A stretch of 32,000 nt of DNA from Halomicronema hongdechloris C2206 (GCF_002075285.3 NZ_CP021983.2:2430001-2462000), one strand, 5' to 3'. Numbered from the stretch's first letter, positions 17,033-26,655 are shown. Notes: a model not told the origin generated them from the letters alone. Numbers and translations: made by a program.

Positions 17033-17524
17033 TTAAGCAGCCAGAGGATCTACGCCCATTTCCATCACGGCTTGACGCAGTACCGTGATTTGCTGGCCAA
17101 ACTCGAGCTTGGAGATCTGACCAAAGAGAGCCAAGGCCTGCTCAGGCAGCTTATAGAAAGACGGTACGGGAATCACTTCGCCGGTGCGCATCAACTCAGC
17201 CAGCTGATACCAGAAGGCTAGCTTGGTGTTGTTGCTCAACACTCCGTAGGCCCGAGTGTGCTCGGTGTTGATCCGATTGACCAAGTCCCGCATAAACTGC
17301 AATTGGTCTTGCTGGGGCATCGCCTTTACATCTTGTAGCAGCCCTTCTGCAAATTGCATACGTGCCGCTCCAGGAGCAGCAGGGGTGATGGCGCCGCCCA
17401 TGTTTTCATAGATCACCCAGAGCAGGCCCAGTTGCTCGTCGGCAGAGAGCTGCCGGAAGGATGCGATCGCATTAGGCACTACCTGAAGCGCAGGGGATGT
17501 AGTGCGGTCAACAGCGTAAGTCAT
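17033..17524 (-). CDS. helical carotenoid protein (HCP), homolog of the OCP N-terminal domain
   Basis: From the ATG at 17524 (163 aa): SFRQLSADEQLGLLWVIYENMG, AAPGAARMQFAEGLL, KLAFWYQLAELM and GQQITVLRQAVMEMG align with OCP FSQLNAEDQLALIWFAYLEMG, AAPGAASMQLAENAL, KLGFWYRLGELM and GQQITVLRNAVVDMG. The 23 upstream codons in the track ORF look spurious. Confidence 0.88.
   Translation of the reverse strand: MTYAVDRTTSPALQVVPNAIASFRQLSADEQLGLLWVIYENMGGAITPAAPGAARMQFAEGLLQDVKAMPQQDQLQFMRDLVNRINTEHTRAYGVLSNNTKLAFWYQLAELMRTGEVIPVPSFYKLPEQALALFGQISKLEFGQQITVLRQAVMEMGVDPLAA
17463..17470. repeat. HIP1 octamer GCGATCGC
   Basis: Exact palindromic octamer read at this position. Confidence 0.95.
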
Positions 17525-17808
17525 AGATACCTCAGTTGTGCGTTTAGAGAGCGTCTCTATGAATAAATGTAACAAACATACAGCGATTGTCACGAAGTTT
17601 GGTATAGAGATCGCTTATGTGTTCTACATGCCACACTAAATGTTCCCCAGAGAAAAGTCCCCTGGGATCCAAGCAAATCCAGGCAAAAGCATGCGCTGAC
17701 AACCCCTGGGCTAGCTGACAGTCATCAGGTTCGCTAATCAATCCTCCTGCCCTGCCCTCTGGTAGTCTGGATATCGAGCAATTCATCCAGCCCTCAAGTT
17801 TCATCGTG

Positions 17809-18873
17809 ATGCCATCCACCCCTTCCCAGACTCAAGACTGGCCTACCCTGCTACAACAACTCATCGATCGGCAGTCCCTCTCGGTGCCCCAAGCTGAGAC
17901 CCTGATGCAGGGGTGGCTGGCCGGAGCCATTTCCCCGGTCCTCTCAGGGGGAATCCTAGCGGCCTTGCAAGCCAAGGGCTTCTCTGCTGACGAGCTAGCT
18001 GGTATGGCTAGAGTGCTGCAGGCCCAGTCCCTAGGAGGAGCCCAGCCGCAGGCACACTCAACCCCTCTGATCGATACCTGTGGCACTGGGGGAGATGGGG
18101 CCCATACGTTTAATATCTCTACTGCCGTTGCCTTCGTCGCTGCCGGAGCTGGAGTGGCGGTGGCTAAACATGGCAATCGCTCTGCCTCCAGCAAGGTCGG
18201 ATCTGCCGATGTGTTGGAAGCTCTAGGGGTGACGCTGGATGCTAATCCGACGGCTGTCAGAGGTGCCCTGCAGGAGGTGGGCATCACCTTCCTGTTTGCT
18301 CGGGGCTGGCACCCAGCCATGAAGTCAGTGGCGCCTTTGCGCAGTGAACTCAAGGTGCGTACCGTATTTAACCTGTTAGGTCCCTTGGTGAATCCCTTGC
18401 GCCCCACAGGGCAGGTGATTGGAGTCTTTGATCCAACGGTGCGGCAGATTATGGCCGCAGCCTTACATCAACTGGGGCTACCTCAGGCCATGGTGCTACA
18501 CGGGCGAGAGGCGCTGGATGAAGCTGGGTTGGGGGACAAAACCGATATCGCCCTGCTGGAAGATGGACAGATATCTGACCAGGTAATTGACCCCCGTACC
18601 TTTGGCCTCACAGCAGCCTCTAAAACCGCCTTACAAGGAGGGAATATCGAGGACAATGTAGCTATCTTACAAGCGGTTTTACAAGGTAAAGGCACGCCAG
18701 CCCAGCAAGATGTCGTCCTGCTCAATGCCGCCCTCGCCTTGAAAGTCGGCGGCCGTACCCAAGGCAGTACCCTGGAGGAGGCCATCAGCCACGGCATTTC
18801 TATTGCCCGAGAAGTTCTGCAGAGTGGCGCAGCCTGGGATAAGCTACAACAGCTCGTGGGCTATTTACGGTAG
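17809..18873 (+). CDS. trpD: anthranilate phosphoribosyltransferase
   Basis: [51 protein letters not shown]. Full length, about 354 aa. Confidence 0.93.
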   Translation: MPSTPSQTQDWPTLLQQLIDRQSLSVPQAETLMQGWLAGAISPVLSGGILAALQAKGFSADELAGMARVLQAQSLGGAQPQAHSTPLIDTCGTGGDGAHTFNISTAVAFVAAGAGVAVAKHGNRSASSKVGSADVLEALGVTLDANPTAVRGALQEVGITFLFARGWHPAMKSVAPLRSELKVRTVFNLLGPLVNPLRPTGQVIGVFDPTVRQIMAAALHQLGLPQAMVLHGREALDEAGLGDKTDIALLEDGQISDQVIDPRTFGLTAASKTALQGGNIEDNVAILQAVLQGKGTPAQQDVVLLNAALALKVGGRTQGSTLEEAISHGISIAREVLQSGAAWDKLQQLVGYLR

Positions 18874-19023
18874 CTACGGGACGCCCGCAGGAAGAGCCTG
18901 TGTGGCCCCGGTCCAGTGGGCTTGAGGACTGACCGATACGGCATAGAGACTGGCCCAGGGCTTGAATGGCGGTATCATCCAGGGCGGCTATCCAGGTGGT
19001 CATGGCCGGGTTATTGGGCCAGG

Positions 19024-19491
19024 TTATTGGGTAGCTTCTTCCAGCTGAGCCAGGATCCGCTCGCGAAAGTCTGGATCACTGTTGGCCAGTCCCAACAATT
19101 GCCAGTACTCTTGCCGAGTCAGGCCAGCGTCGGTAATTAGGGCAAAGGCTTCCGATTGAATATCCCGCTGAATTTGTAGAGATTCAGAGTCGGTTTCAGC
19201 CTGCTGCAATTCACCTTCGCGGCGTTCGACCAACTCAACCACTTGCAGATAGGCGGTGACGAATTGGCTAACCTTCTCGGAAGGAATATCGCTGACATCA
19301 AGGCTGACATCAGGTTCTGCCATCTGATCTGCCTGCTCGGGGGGAGAGTCAACAGGAGCCGCCACCCCTGCCGAAGGAGCTACTCCTACCCCTGCCAACA
19401 GGGCTGCCAAGATCAAGGGGATCAGGGTCCGGCCAACGCTGCCGTAGAGTTGAACAAGGATCTGCGGTACAGATTGGAAGAGCAGAGGCAT
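19024..19491 (-). CDS. secreted/anchored DUF4168-like protein
   Basis: From the ATG at 19491: a hydrophobic leader (LIPLILAALLAGVGVAPSAG), then the helical repeat pattern VSQFVTAYLQV...RDIQSEAFALITDAGLTRQEYWQLLGLANSDPDFRERI, reminiscent of DUF4168. The 59 upstream codons in the track ORF are unlikely to be coding. Confidence 0.55.
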   Translation of the reverse strand: MPLLFQSVPQILVQLYGSVGRTLIPLILAALLAGVGVAPSAGVAAPVDSPPEQADQMAEPDVSLDVSDIPSEKVSQFVTAYLQVVELVERREGELQQAETDSESLQIQRDIQSEAFALITDAGLTRQEYWQLLGLANSDPDFRERILAQLEEATQ

Positions 19492-19754
19492 GGCAAAGTC
19501 AATCTTGGCTGCCTCAACCGTAGCATCCCCGCTCTCACGTCGGTGGTTGAGTGCTGTGGAGCCATGATGTCTACCGAGATGTCTACCGGGGTCGGGCGCA
19601 GGGGGAAGAGACATCCTTAGTCCAAGCCCAACCCAAACATCGCAGACGTCAAAATTGGAGTTGATCACAGCACTAGAGGCTGCTTGGGGGAGAATAAGCG
19701 CTTATAGTTTAAGAGTAACCTAAGCATTTATACACAAGTATTTGGCAGAGTATT

Positions 19755-20042
19755 ATGGCAGGCAACGAGTTTTCTCCGGCCAATATCCATGGTCAGCTTT
19801 CAGAGCGAGAGCTACAGATTGTCGAGCTAGTTGCTGCCGGTCTGACCAATCAAGAGATCTCTGAGCAATTGGAGATTAGCAAGCGTACGGTCGACAATCA
19901 TATCAGCAACATCCTGACAAAAACGGCCACAGGCAATCGAGTGTCTTTGGTACGATGGGCTTTGCAGTGGGGTAAAGTCTGCATTGACCAGGTTAATTGC
20001 TGCACCTTGCCCAATGTTACTAATGGCCACAGCGTTCCCTAG
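19755..20042 (+). CDS. small stand-alone LuxR/GerE-type HTH transcriptional regulator (PedR-like)
   Basis: LSERELQIVELVAAGLTNQEISEQLEISKRTVDNHISNILTKTATGNRVSLVRWAL is a complete GerE-type HTH. There is no receiver or ligand domain. The C-terminal tail carries Cys76, Cys82 and Cys83. Confidence 0.8.
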   Translation: MAGNEFSPANIHGQLSERELQIVELVAAGLTNQEISEQLEISKRTVDNHISNILTKTATGNRVSLVRWALQWGKVCIDQVNCCTLPNVTNGHSVP

Positions 20043-20191
20043 TAGACTCCGGCGGCGCCAGTTGGATGTCCCTAAGTTGCCACGGGGCAGGGCTAGGGGA
20101 CAGGGATGGGGACCAATGGTCAACCCCCTGCTGCCATGGCAGAGTTAGGTAGGCAATTCTGTGGGGTGTTGATGTCTCGGATTAGCTAATC

Positions 20192-20527
20192 ATGGTAGAG
20201 TCTCAGTCGCCAAAGACAACCTCATCGCAGACGTCACCAAAGACGACGGCTCCGGTGAAAAAATTACAGTACCAGCTGCACTGTCCCCAGTTGCCGCTGA
20301 TGGTGTACCGGGAGGTGGCGGCTCATTTACGGTTGATTGATGGGGTGGAGACAGGGCTATTGCCTCAGACGGCGAAGACATTTGATTATTTACAGAGTCC
20401 GGTGGGGGGCTTGTGGATTCGCTATCCCGAAACCCATAGTCGTTTGTATCAGACCCAGGTAGAGGCGATCTTGGCCTACTATGGCCAGCGCTATGGTGCT
20501 TGGGAGACGATTAAGTCGTCTGCTTGA
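20192..20527 (+). CDS. hypothetical protein
   Basis: 111-aa ORF with an ATG start. Ser/Thr/Lys-rich N-terminus followed by a structured-looking domain. No family recognised. Confidence 0.4.
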   Translation: MVESQSPKTTSSQTSPKTTAPVKKLQYQLHCPQLPLMVYREVAAHLRLIDGVETGLLPQTAKTFDYLQSPVGGLWIRYPETHSRLYQTQVEAILAYYGQRYGAWETIKSSA

Positions 20528-20586
20528 GGCGTCCTCTCCCTTGCCTCGGGGCAGTCCCCCCTTTACAGTGTTGATTTGTCGAGTCT

Positions 20587-20594
20587 GCGATCGC
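20587..20594. repeat. HIP1 octamer GCGATCGC
   Basis: Exact palindromic octamer read at this position; intergenic, upstream of hisS. Confidence 0.95.
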
Positions 20595-20610
20595 ATCTGG
20601 ATCGCTAGCC

Positions 20611-21933
20611 ATGGAGCCGTTGCAATCCCTTCCTGGAACTGAAGACATTCTGCCCCAACGACAATCTGCGGGGCAAGCGATCAAGGTGGCCGACGTCACT
20701 ACCTGGCAGCGCATTGAAGCCATGGGCCGTGACATCTTGCAGCGGGCCGCTTATCAGGAAATCCGCACTCCTATCTTCGAACTGACTCGGCTGTTTGAGC
20801 GGGGCATCGGCGAGGCCACCGACGTAGTGGGTAAAGAAATGTATACCTTCTTGGACCGGGGGGAACGCTCAGTCACCCTGCGGCCAGAAGGCACCGCTGG
20901 GGTGGTGCGGGCCTATGTTCAACACAAGCTCCATGGTCAGGGAGGGGTGCAGCGGCTCTGGTATACCGGCCCTATGTTTCGCTATGAACGGCCCCAGAAG
21001 GGCCGCCAGCGGCAATTCCACCAGCTGGGGGTAGAGGTACTGGGCAGCCACGACCCGCGAGCCGATGTGGAGGTGATCGCCCTGGCCACCGATTTTCTCC
21101 AGGCGTTGGGACTGCAAACCCTAACCTTTCACCTCAATTCTGTAGGCACTACTGCCGATCGGCAGCAGTATCGCGAGGCCTTGGTGGCCTATTTCACCCC
21201 TTACCAGGCCGAGTTAGATGCGGATTCCCGCCAGCGGCTGAACCGCAACCCCCTGCGCATCCTGGATAGTAAAGACCCCAAGACCCAGGCCATTGCCCAA
21301 GACGCTCCCAGCATCCTCGATTACCTGGGTCCCGACTCTCAACGGCATTTTGACCAGGTGCAGCAGTACCTCAACGATCTGGACATTGCCTATGACCTCA
21401 ATCCCCGATTGGTGCGGGGGCTCGACTACTACACCCACACGGCTTTTGAAATTCAATCAGCAGATTTGGGGGCCCAGGCTACGGTCTGTGGTGGTGGCCG
21501 CTATGACGGCTTAGTGGAGCAATTGGGGGGACCTGCCACTCCGGCGGTGGGCTGGGCCATTGGCTTAGAGCGCCTGAGCCTGTTACTGGAACAGCTGGCT
21601 CCGCCGCCACCAAATCCGGTCGATCTCTATCTGGTCTCTCGGGGACCTGCGGCGGAAGCCCAAGCCCTACGGCTGGCCTACCAGTTGCGCCAGCAGGGGA
21701 TGACCACCGAGCTAGACTTGAGTGGTGCTGCCTTTGGTAAGCAGTTTAAGCGGGCCGACCGTAGCGGTGCGATCGCATGTTTAATCCTCGGCGATAGCGA
21801 AGCAGAAATTGGCACCGTCCAGCTAAAGTGGCTTCAGAGTGGAGAGCAGATCCAGCTAAACCAGACAGCCCTGGTCAACGAAGCCGCCACCTGGCGCCAG
21901 AAACTGGCGGCAGCCCGAAACAGCCAAGAGTAA
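20611..21933 (+). CDS. hisS: histidine--tRNA ligase
   Basis: [42 protein letters not shown] (class II motif 2), GGGRYDGL (motif 3), and a C-terminal anticodon-binding domain. Confidence 0.95.
   Translation: MEPLQSLPGTEDILPQRQSAGQAIKVADVTTWQRIEAMGRDILQRAAYQEIRTPIFELTRLFERGIGEATDVVGKEMYTFLDRGERSVTLRPEGTAGVVRAYVQHKLHGQGGVQRLWYTGPMFRYERPQKGRQRQFHQLGVEVLGSHDPRADVEVIALATDFLQALGLQTLTFHLNSVGTTADRQQYREALVAYFTPYQAELDADSRQRLNRNPLRILDSKDPKTQAIAQDAPSILDYLGPDSQRHFDQVQQYLNDLDIAYDLNPRLVRGLDYYTHTAFEIQSADLGAQATVCGGGRYDGLVEQLGGPATPAVGWAIGLERLSLLLEQLAPPPPNPVDLYLVSRGPAAEAQALRLAYQLRQQGMTTELDLSGAAFGKQFKRADRSGAIACLILGDSEAEIGTVQLKWLQSGEQIQLNQTALVNEAATWRQKLAAARNSQE
21769..21776. repeat. HIP1 octamer GCGATCGC
   Basis: Exact palindromic octamer read at this position. 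Confidence 0.95.
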
Positions 21934-22365
21934 TCCCCGTTGCCCTCAGAACCAGTCTTGCCCCCCCCCGGCAACCCCGGCTGGCTTTACCGGCGACACC
22001 TGGTACACCTGTGGCTGATGGCACCGAGAGATGACCCTAGGGGGATATTAGCCCATGACATGGGACTCACCATGGCCCCCGAGACCCGGTTGCATCCATA
22101 AGGCATAGCATAAGTTTGCGGTGATAGGCTCTAGCCGCTACGATGACCGCTATAGTAATTGCCACAGAGCCCAGTGTAGTGATGGGGCCATCAGCCTGTC
22201 CGGCACTGGCTATTGAGCGATCGACTGGGGCCCCAGCTGCGACCTATTGCAGTATCAAGCCCTATCCAAGTCCAAAGCTGACGGTTCCCAGAAAACGCGA
22301 CCAACACCAAGTTCAACTTGGTATAACGCCACGACAAAGATTATCAGTGCTGCAGAGGGTGGGTT

Positions 22366-24318
22366 ATGGCCTATTGGGAATTTTTACTGCAGAAAGAGGG
22401 AGATCAGACCTGGCTGCCCCTGGAGGCCGGACAGGTAGAAATCTTGGCAGGACGCTATCGGGTCATGGCCCATTCCCAACGTCCCCAAACCCCAGTTCAA
22501 ATTCGTATCAGCCAGCTGCTGCTAGATCAGTTACCCCCCAAGCGACGGGTGCTAAAGCGAGTTGACCATACCAACGAAGACGGACTCTTAGTCGTCATGC
22601 CATTCACCTGGCTGCAAGCTGGAGCTTGGGAGCTACGCTGCAGCAATACCGACGACGCCCCTGAGAACTGGGTAGCCACTGTACGGCTGCAAGTGCTAGC
22701 CCACGATGCCGATGGCGACGATTGGCAACCCTGGCCTTCGGAGACCTCTATCATCTCCCTGGGCAATGAGGCTGACCAAGATATTGCCAAGGACGATGGG
22801 GAAGCTCTGGCGCTAAGTGATAATCCTGTCCCTGAGGAAGGGACGCCCCCAGACGACCACGACCCTCCGGAGGCAGAGCCTCCTACCACCACCGCCTGCT
22901 ACACCCTGGCCCTCAACCGTCGCACCTATCTGGCCCAGCGGGGAGCTTTCCTGCACATTGCCGGCCAAATAGAGGCTAACCAGGCCATCACCTGTCTCAC
23001 CGGACGCTTGATTCTGACCTTGCGGGATCCGCAACAGTTAACTGAAGTGGCTATCACTCAGCAGTCCCTAGCTGTGACCGCCCTACCGGCCCCATTCCAC
23101 TTAGAGCTATCTCTCCCCAGAGATATCGATACTCGCCTGCTGCTTGGCGAACTCTGCCTGTTGACTGACGATGGCCTCACCCTGGCGGCTCAGCCGCTAA
23201 CAGTTACCGTAGGCTTAGAAGATCTGCTGACAACCATAGCCAATCAGGCTGAACCCTTTCTCGTCGACGGCATCGACGACCTATCCCTGCCCCCCGAAGC
23301 AGCAGAACCTGCTGCTGCTGAGGCATTGCCTCACCCCTTGGATCTACCCACTAACCCATCGGGATTTAGTGTCCTGCGCCCCAAGAGTGGATTTACCCTG
23401 CCTCCACAGATTTATCGGCCTTCTGTGCCTCCGACTGAGGGTAAGCTGAGCTTACCTGATTTGCCTCAGGTTACCCCTAGCCCTGACGCTGTAGACCTTC
23501 CAGAGATGTCAGAGCCGGATTCCCAAACTGAGACAGCCACCCCACCAGCCGTTGATTTACCCAGCGGGTTGACCTCGCCCCAGCCAGATGCCTCGGCTCA
23601 CCATGATCGCCAGGATGCCCATGAGGGTACTGGTGATTCTGAGGCCAAAGATAGTGCTACGACCGAGGGGTTGAACTGGCAGTCCCGTTTCTGGGAGCGG
23701 TTGAGCACCCTGGCCGTTGACAGTTACCAATCTGCCATGCATCGTCAGGCCGAGATGGAAGCCGCTGGTGTGCAATTTCCTGCTCATGATGCAGAACAAC
23801 CGACGACGGCCCCCGAGTTACCTACCTTCATGGCCCCTCTGGAATTGCCCACGGGCCAAGAGGTGGTGATTTATGACGATGAGCCCTCAGAAGTGCCTGA
23901 AGACGCTACGATACCACCGACAGGTGACACCTTCCCCATTGATGATGATGACATCTTGGTGCCACCCACGCCTCAATTCGAGATTCCAGAGGGAGACCTG
24001 GTAGCCGGGCAAACCATTACCCTGAGACTGCAGGTGCCGCTCCATCCCAACCGTCTCTACTGCCGCCTGTGGTTGATCGATCCCCAGAGCCGCACCTCCA
24101 TCGGCGACTCTCGCCAGATTATGGATCTGGCCCCCGATGGAGAGGGTAACCTGGCCGCTAGCGTATCACTCCAGGTGCCCCTGGGGTGCTTGCAGGTGCG
24201 CTTTGCCGCTATTTCCATCGATATGGTGACCCAGCAGGAGAGTTACCGAGCCTTAGCGGAACGTGCGATCGCACCTGCCGCCGCCCCGTCTGTCTCCTTT
24301 GATGAGTTGGACCTTTGA
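22366..24318 (+). CDS. large acidic modular hypothetical protein
   Basis: 650-aa ORF with a GAGGG Shine-Dalgarno 9 nt upstream. Three beta-rich modules are separated by Asp/Glu/Pro-rich linkers. No signal peptide and no recognisable catalytic motif. Confidence 0.55.
   Translation: MAYWEFLLQKEGDQTWLPLEAGQVEILAGRYRVMAHSQRPQTPVQIRISQLLLDQLPPKRRVLKRVDHTNEDGLLVVMPFTWLQAGAWELRCSNTDDAPENWVATVRLQVLAHDADGDDWQPWPSETSIISLGNEADQDIAKDDGEALALSDNPVPEEGTPPDDHDPPEAEPPTTTACYTLALNRRTYLAQRGAFLHIAGQIEANQAITCLTGRLILTLRDPQQLTEVAITQQSLAVTALPAPFHLELSLPRDIDTRLLLGELCLLTDDGLTLAAQPLTVTVGLEDLLTTIANQAEPFLVDGIDDLSLPPEAAEPAAAEALPHPLDLPTNPSGFSVLRPKSGFTLPPQIYRPSVPPTEGKLSLPDLPQVTPSPDAVDLPEMSEPDSQTETATPPAVDLPSGLTSPQPDASAHHDRQDAHEGTGDSEAKDSATTEGLNWQSRFWERLSTLAVDSYQSAMHRQAEMEAAGVQFPAHDAEQPTTAPELPTFMAPLELPTGQEVVIYDDEPSEVPEDATIPPTGDTFPIDDDDILVPPTPQFEIPEGDLVAGQTITLRLQVPLHPNRLYCRLWLIDPQSRTSIGDSRQIMDLAPDGEGNLAASVSLQVPLGCLQVRFAAISIDMVTQQESYRALAERAIAPAAAPSVSFDELDL
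24265..24272. repeat. HIP1 octamer GCGATCGC
   Basis: Exact palindromic octamer read at this position. Confidence 0.95.
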
Positions 24319-24714
24319 TGAGCTGCCTGAGCTAAACCTGTAGGGACTACTCCCTTAACCTGTTCTTACTGTATAAGTTTTCAGTTCGTGCAAATTATTT
24401 ATTAAGGTAGGAGTAGCTCATATAAATCGTGGCCGAGTCTAGTCTTGTCGATTTGCTTGAAGAAGAGCTCCAGATACGGAGTTGGACTTGGCATAAAATT
24501 TTGTATCAATACTACAGGCTTACCTTTGCCATCGCTTTTCTTATCACCTCTTGTCCCAAGCCAGACCTGGAGTTTTGCCAGGGTAACGCTCGAGTTCGAG
24601 CGGGACTTGGGATATCTATCTGCATTTAGACGCTGAAGCCCTGCCCTAAAGAACGGCGGGGCCCAGGTAAATGCAGTCTATTGCTTTCTGTAGCCAGCGT
24701 GTAGGACATACAGC

Positions 24715-26616
24715 ATGACGACCTTTCCCATTGATTTAAGTACCTATAAGCGCATTGCTCTAGATCCGGCCAATCCTACTCTGACGGATGAGCAGCGCAC
24801 GGCTCTCAAGGCCAATATTCAACTCTGCCGCGATGCCATTGTGTTCTTTACGGCCACTGGGGCCGCGCACGGGGTCGGAGGTCACACCGGCGGGCCTTAC
24901 GACACCGTACCGGAAGTGATGATCCTAGACGCTATCTTTCGGGGTGGGCCTGATCAGGTTGTCCCCACCTTCTTCGATGAAGCCGGACACCGCGTGGCAA
25001 CTCAATACTTGATGGCAGCCATCAACGGCGATCTACCGGCTGAGCAGCTAATGCTCTATCGTCAAGCGCACCAAAAGCTACCGGGCCACCCGGAGTTGGG
25101 ACTAACCCCCGGCGTTAAATTTAGTTCTGGTCGCCTGGGACACATGTGGCCCTACGTCAATGGTGTCGCCCTGGCCAACCCAGGTAAAACCGTCTTTTGC
25201 CTCGGCTCGGATGGCTCTCAGCAGGAAGGCAATGACGCCGAAGCGGCTCGATTAGCCGTGGCCCAGCATCTGAATGTGAAGCTGTTGATCGATGACAACG
25301 ATGTCACCATTGCCGGTCATCCCTCTTCCTACCTGCCTGGCTTTAGTGTCCGCCGTACCTTGGAAGGCCACGGCCTTAAAGTCTTAGAAGGCGATGGAGA
25401 AGATCTCGATGGCCTCTATGCCCGTATCTGCGAGGCCATTACCACCCCAGGACCAGTGGCAGTGGTCAGTAAGCGCTCCATGGCCGTCGGCATTGATGAG
25501 ATTGAAGGCACCAGTGAGGGGCACGATGTCATTCCCCTAGATGCCGCCATCAAGTACTTAGAGGGTAGAGGCCAGACCCAGGCTGCTGAGGTGCTGAAGG
25601 GCATGGAGAAGCCCAAAAATCCCTATACATTCATGGGCTCCTCAGACAATGTGGATTCCAACCGCAATGTGTTCGGCAAAACCGTCGCCGAAATCCTCGG
25701 CGGCATGAGTGAACTGGACCGGAAAAACACCATTAAAGTCTTCGACAATGATCTGGAAGGGTCCACCGGCATCAAGCATATCCGAGCGGCCCATCCTGAA
25801 GTCTTTATCAAAGGTGGGGTGATGGAGCGCGGTAACTTATCGGCAGCGGCCGGCTTTGGCATGGAAAAAGGCAAGCAGGGGATCTATGCCACCTTCAGCG
25901 CCTTCCTGGAGATGGTCATCTCTGAAATTTCCATGGCTCGGCTCAATTACTCCAACTTGCTGTGTCATTTTTCCCACGCTGGTGTCGATGACATGGCCGA
26001 CAATACCTGCCACTTCGGCCTCAATAACCTGTTCGCCGACAACGGCTTGGAGGATGGCTACGAAACTCGTCTATACTTCCCCGCCGATGCCAACCAAATG
26101 CGGGCCGTGGTGAAGGCAATCTTTTCAGATCCAGGGCTGCGGTTTGTCTTCTCGACCCGTTCTAAGGTGCCTATGATCTTAGACACCGATGGCAATGAGA
26201 TGTTTGCCGGTGATTACCGCTTTACTCCCGGTAAAGATGAAGTCATCCGGGAAGGAGCGGCTGGTTATGTGGTGGCTTTTGGTGATGCCCTTTATCGGGC
26301 TCTGGATGCAGTGGAGCGTCTGAAGCAGCAGGGCATTGATGTGGGGCTAATTAACAAGGCCACCCTGAATGCGGTGGATGAAGACATGATGGCCAAGATC
26401 GGCAAGGCACCGTTTGTGCTGGTCACCGAAGCCTTTAACCGCCGCACCGGCCTAGGTAGCCGGTTTGGCTCCTGGTTGCTAGAGCGGGGGTATACGCCTA
26501 AGTATGCGTACCTGGGATCTCATAAAGAAGGCTGTGGTGGCCTCTGGGAGCAGTTCCCCCATCAAGGCATCGACCCCGACAGTGTCGTAGCTCAGGTGAA
26601 GCGACTCGTGGGGTAA
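24715..26616 (+). CDS. transketolase-family thiamine-diphosphate enzyme (633-aa, non-canonical form)
   Basis: GGHTGGPYD near the N-terminus. ThDP/Mg motif GSDGSQQEGNDAEAARLAVAQHLNVKLLIDDNDVTIAG. A Pyr-domain segment (ERGNLSAAAGFG) and a C-terminal transketolase-like domain are present. It differs from canonical ~670-aa TktA at the N-terminus. Confidence 0.8.
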   Translation: MTTFPIDLSTYKRIALDPANPTLTDEQRTALKANIQLCRDAIVFFTATGAAHGVGGHTGGPYDTVPEVMILDAIFRGGPDQVVPTFFDEAGHRVATQYLMAAINGDLPAEQLMLYRQAHQKLPGHPELGLTPGVKFSSGRLGHMWPYVNGVALANPGKTVFCLGSDGSQQEGNDAEAARLAVAQHLNVKLLIDDNDVTIAGHPSSYLPGFSVRRTLEGHGLKVLEGDGEDLDGLYARICEAITTPGPVAVVSKRSMAVGIDEIEGTSEGHDVIPLDAAIKYLEGRGQTQAAEVLKGMEKPKNPYTFMGSSDNVDSNRNVFGKTVAEILGGMSELDRKNTIKVFDNDLEGSTGIKHIRAAHPEVFIKGGVMERGNLSAAAGFGMEKGKQGIYATFSAFLEMVISEISMARLNYSNLLCHFSHAGVDDMADNTCHFGLNNLFADNGLEDGYETRLYFPADANQMRAVVKAIFSDPGLRFVFSTRSKVPMILDTDGNEMFAGDYRFTPGKDEVIREGAAGYVVAFGDALYRALDAVERLKQQGIDVGLINKATLNAVDEDMMAKIGKAPFVLVTEAFNRRTGLGSRFGSWLLERGYTPKYAYLGSHKEGCGGLWEQFPHQGIDPDSVVAQVKRLVG

Positions 26617-26655
26617 CCTCCTCTTGAGTTAGCCACTACTTAGCCACTACCCAGA

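Noticed and set aside
17544-17819. 91-aa minus-strand ORF in the divergent HCP/trpD promoter region
   Set aside because: It overlaps the trpD start and the spurious 5' extension of the HCP ORF. Cys/Trp-rich improbable sequence. The region is better explained as a divergent promoter.
17832-18407. 191-aa ORF antisense to trpD, plus similar antisense or off-frame ORFs: 568..879, 5044..5388, 10525..11001, 11623..12195, 27930..28313, 30626..31222, 31268..31606
   Set aside because: All lie entirely inside strongly supported genes on the opposite strand or in another frame. Their Ala/Arg/Pro/Ser/Gly-rich composition is typical of shadow ORFs in GC-rich coding DNA.
19009-19031. GGTTATTGGG repeated twice with a 13-nt period at the stop codon of the DUF4168-like gene
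   Set aside because: A short two-copy repeat with no associated structure or ORF consequence. Likely a trivial duplication.
21961-21969. C9 homopolymer just downstream of hisS
   Set aside because: It is intergenic, with no adjacent promoter or ORF that a length change would affect. Noted only because it is a second long G/C run, and a likely sequencing-error hotspot.
22143-22565. 140-aa plus-strand ORF overlapping the start of the 650-aa gene
   Set aside because: Low-complexity Ala/Pro/Arg/Ser/Thr content, and it overlaps the better-supported ORF (which has its own Shine-Dalgarno) by 200 nt in another frame. No motif recognised.
24429-24636. Two mutually overlapping ~65-aa ORFs in the AT-rich region upstream of the transketolase-family gene
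   Set aside because: They exclude each other, lack ribosome-binding sites, and resemble nothing I know. The region is more plausibly promoter/leader. I could not define a convincing -35/-10 pair either.
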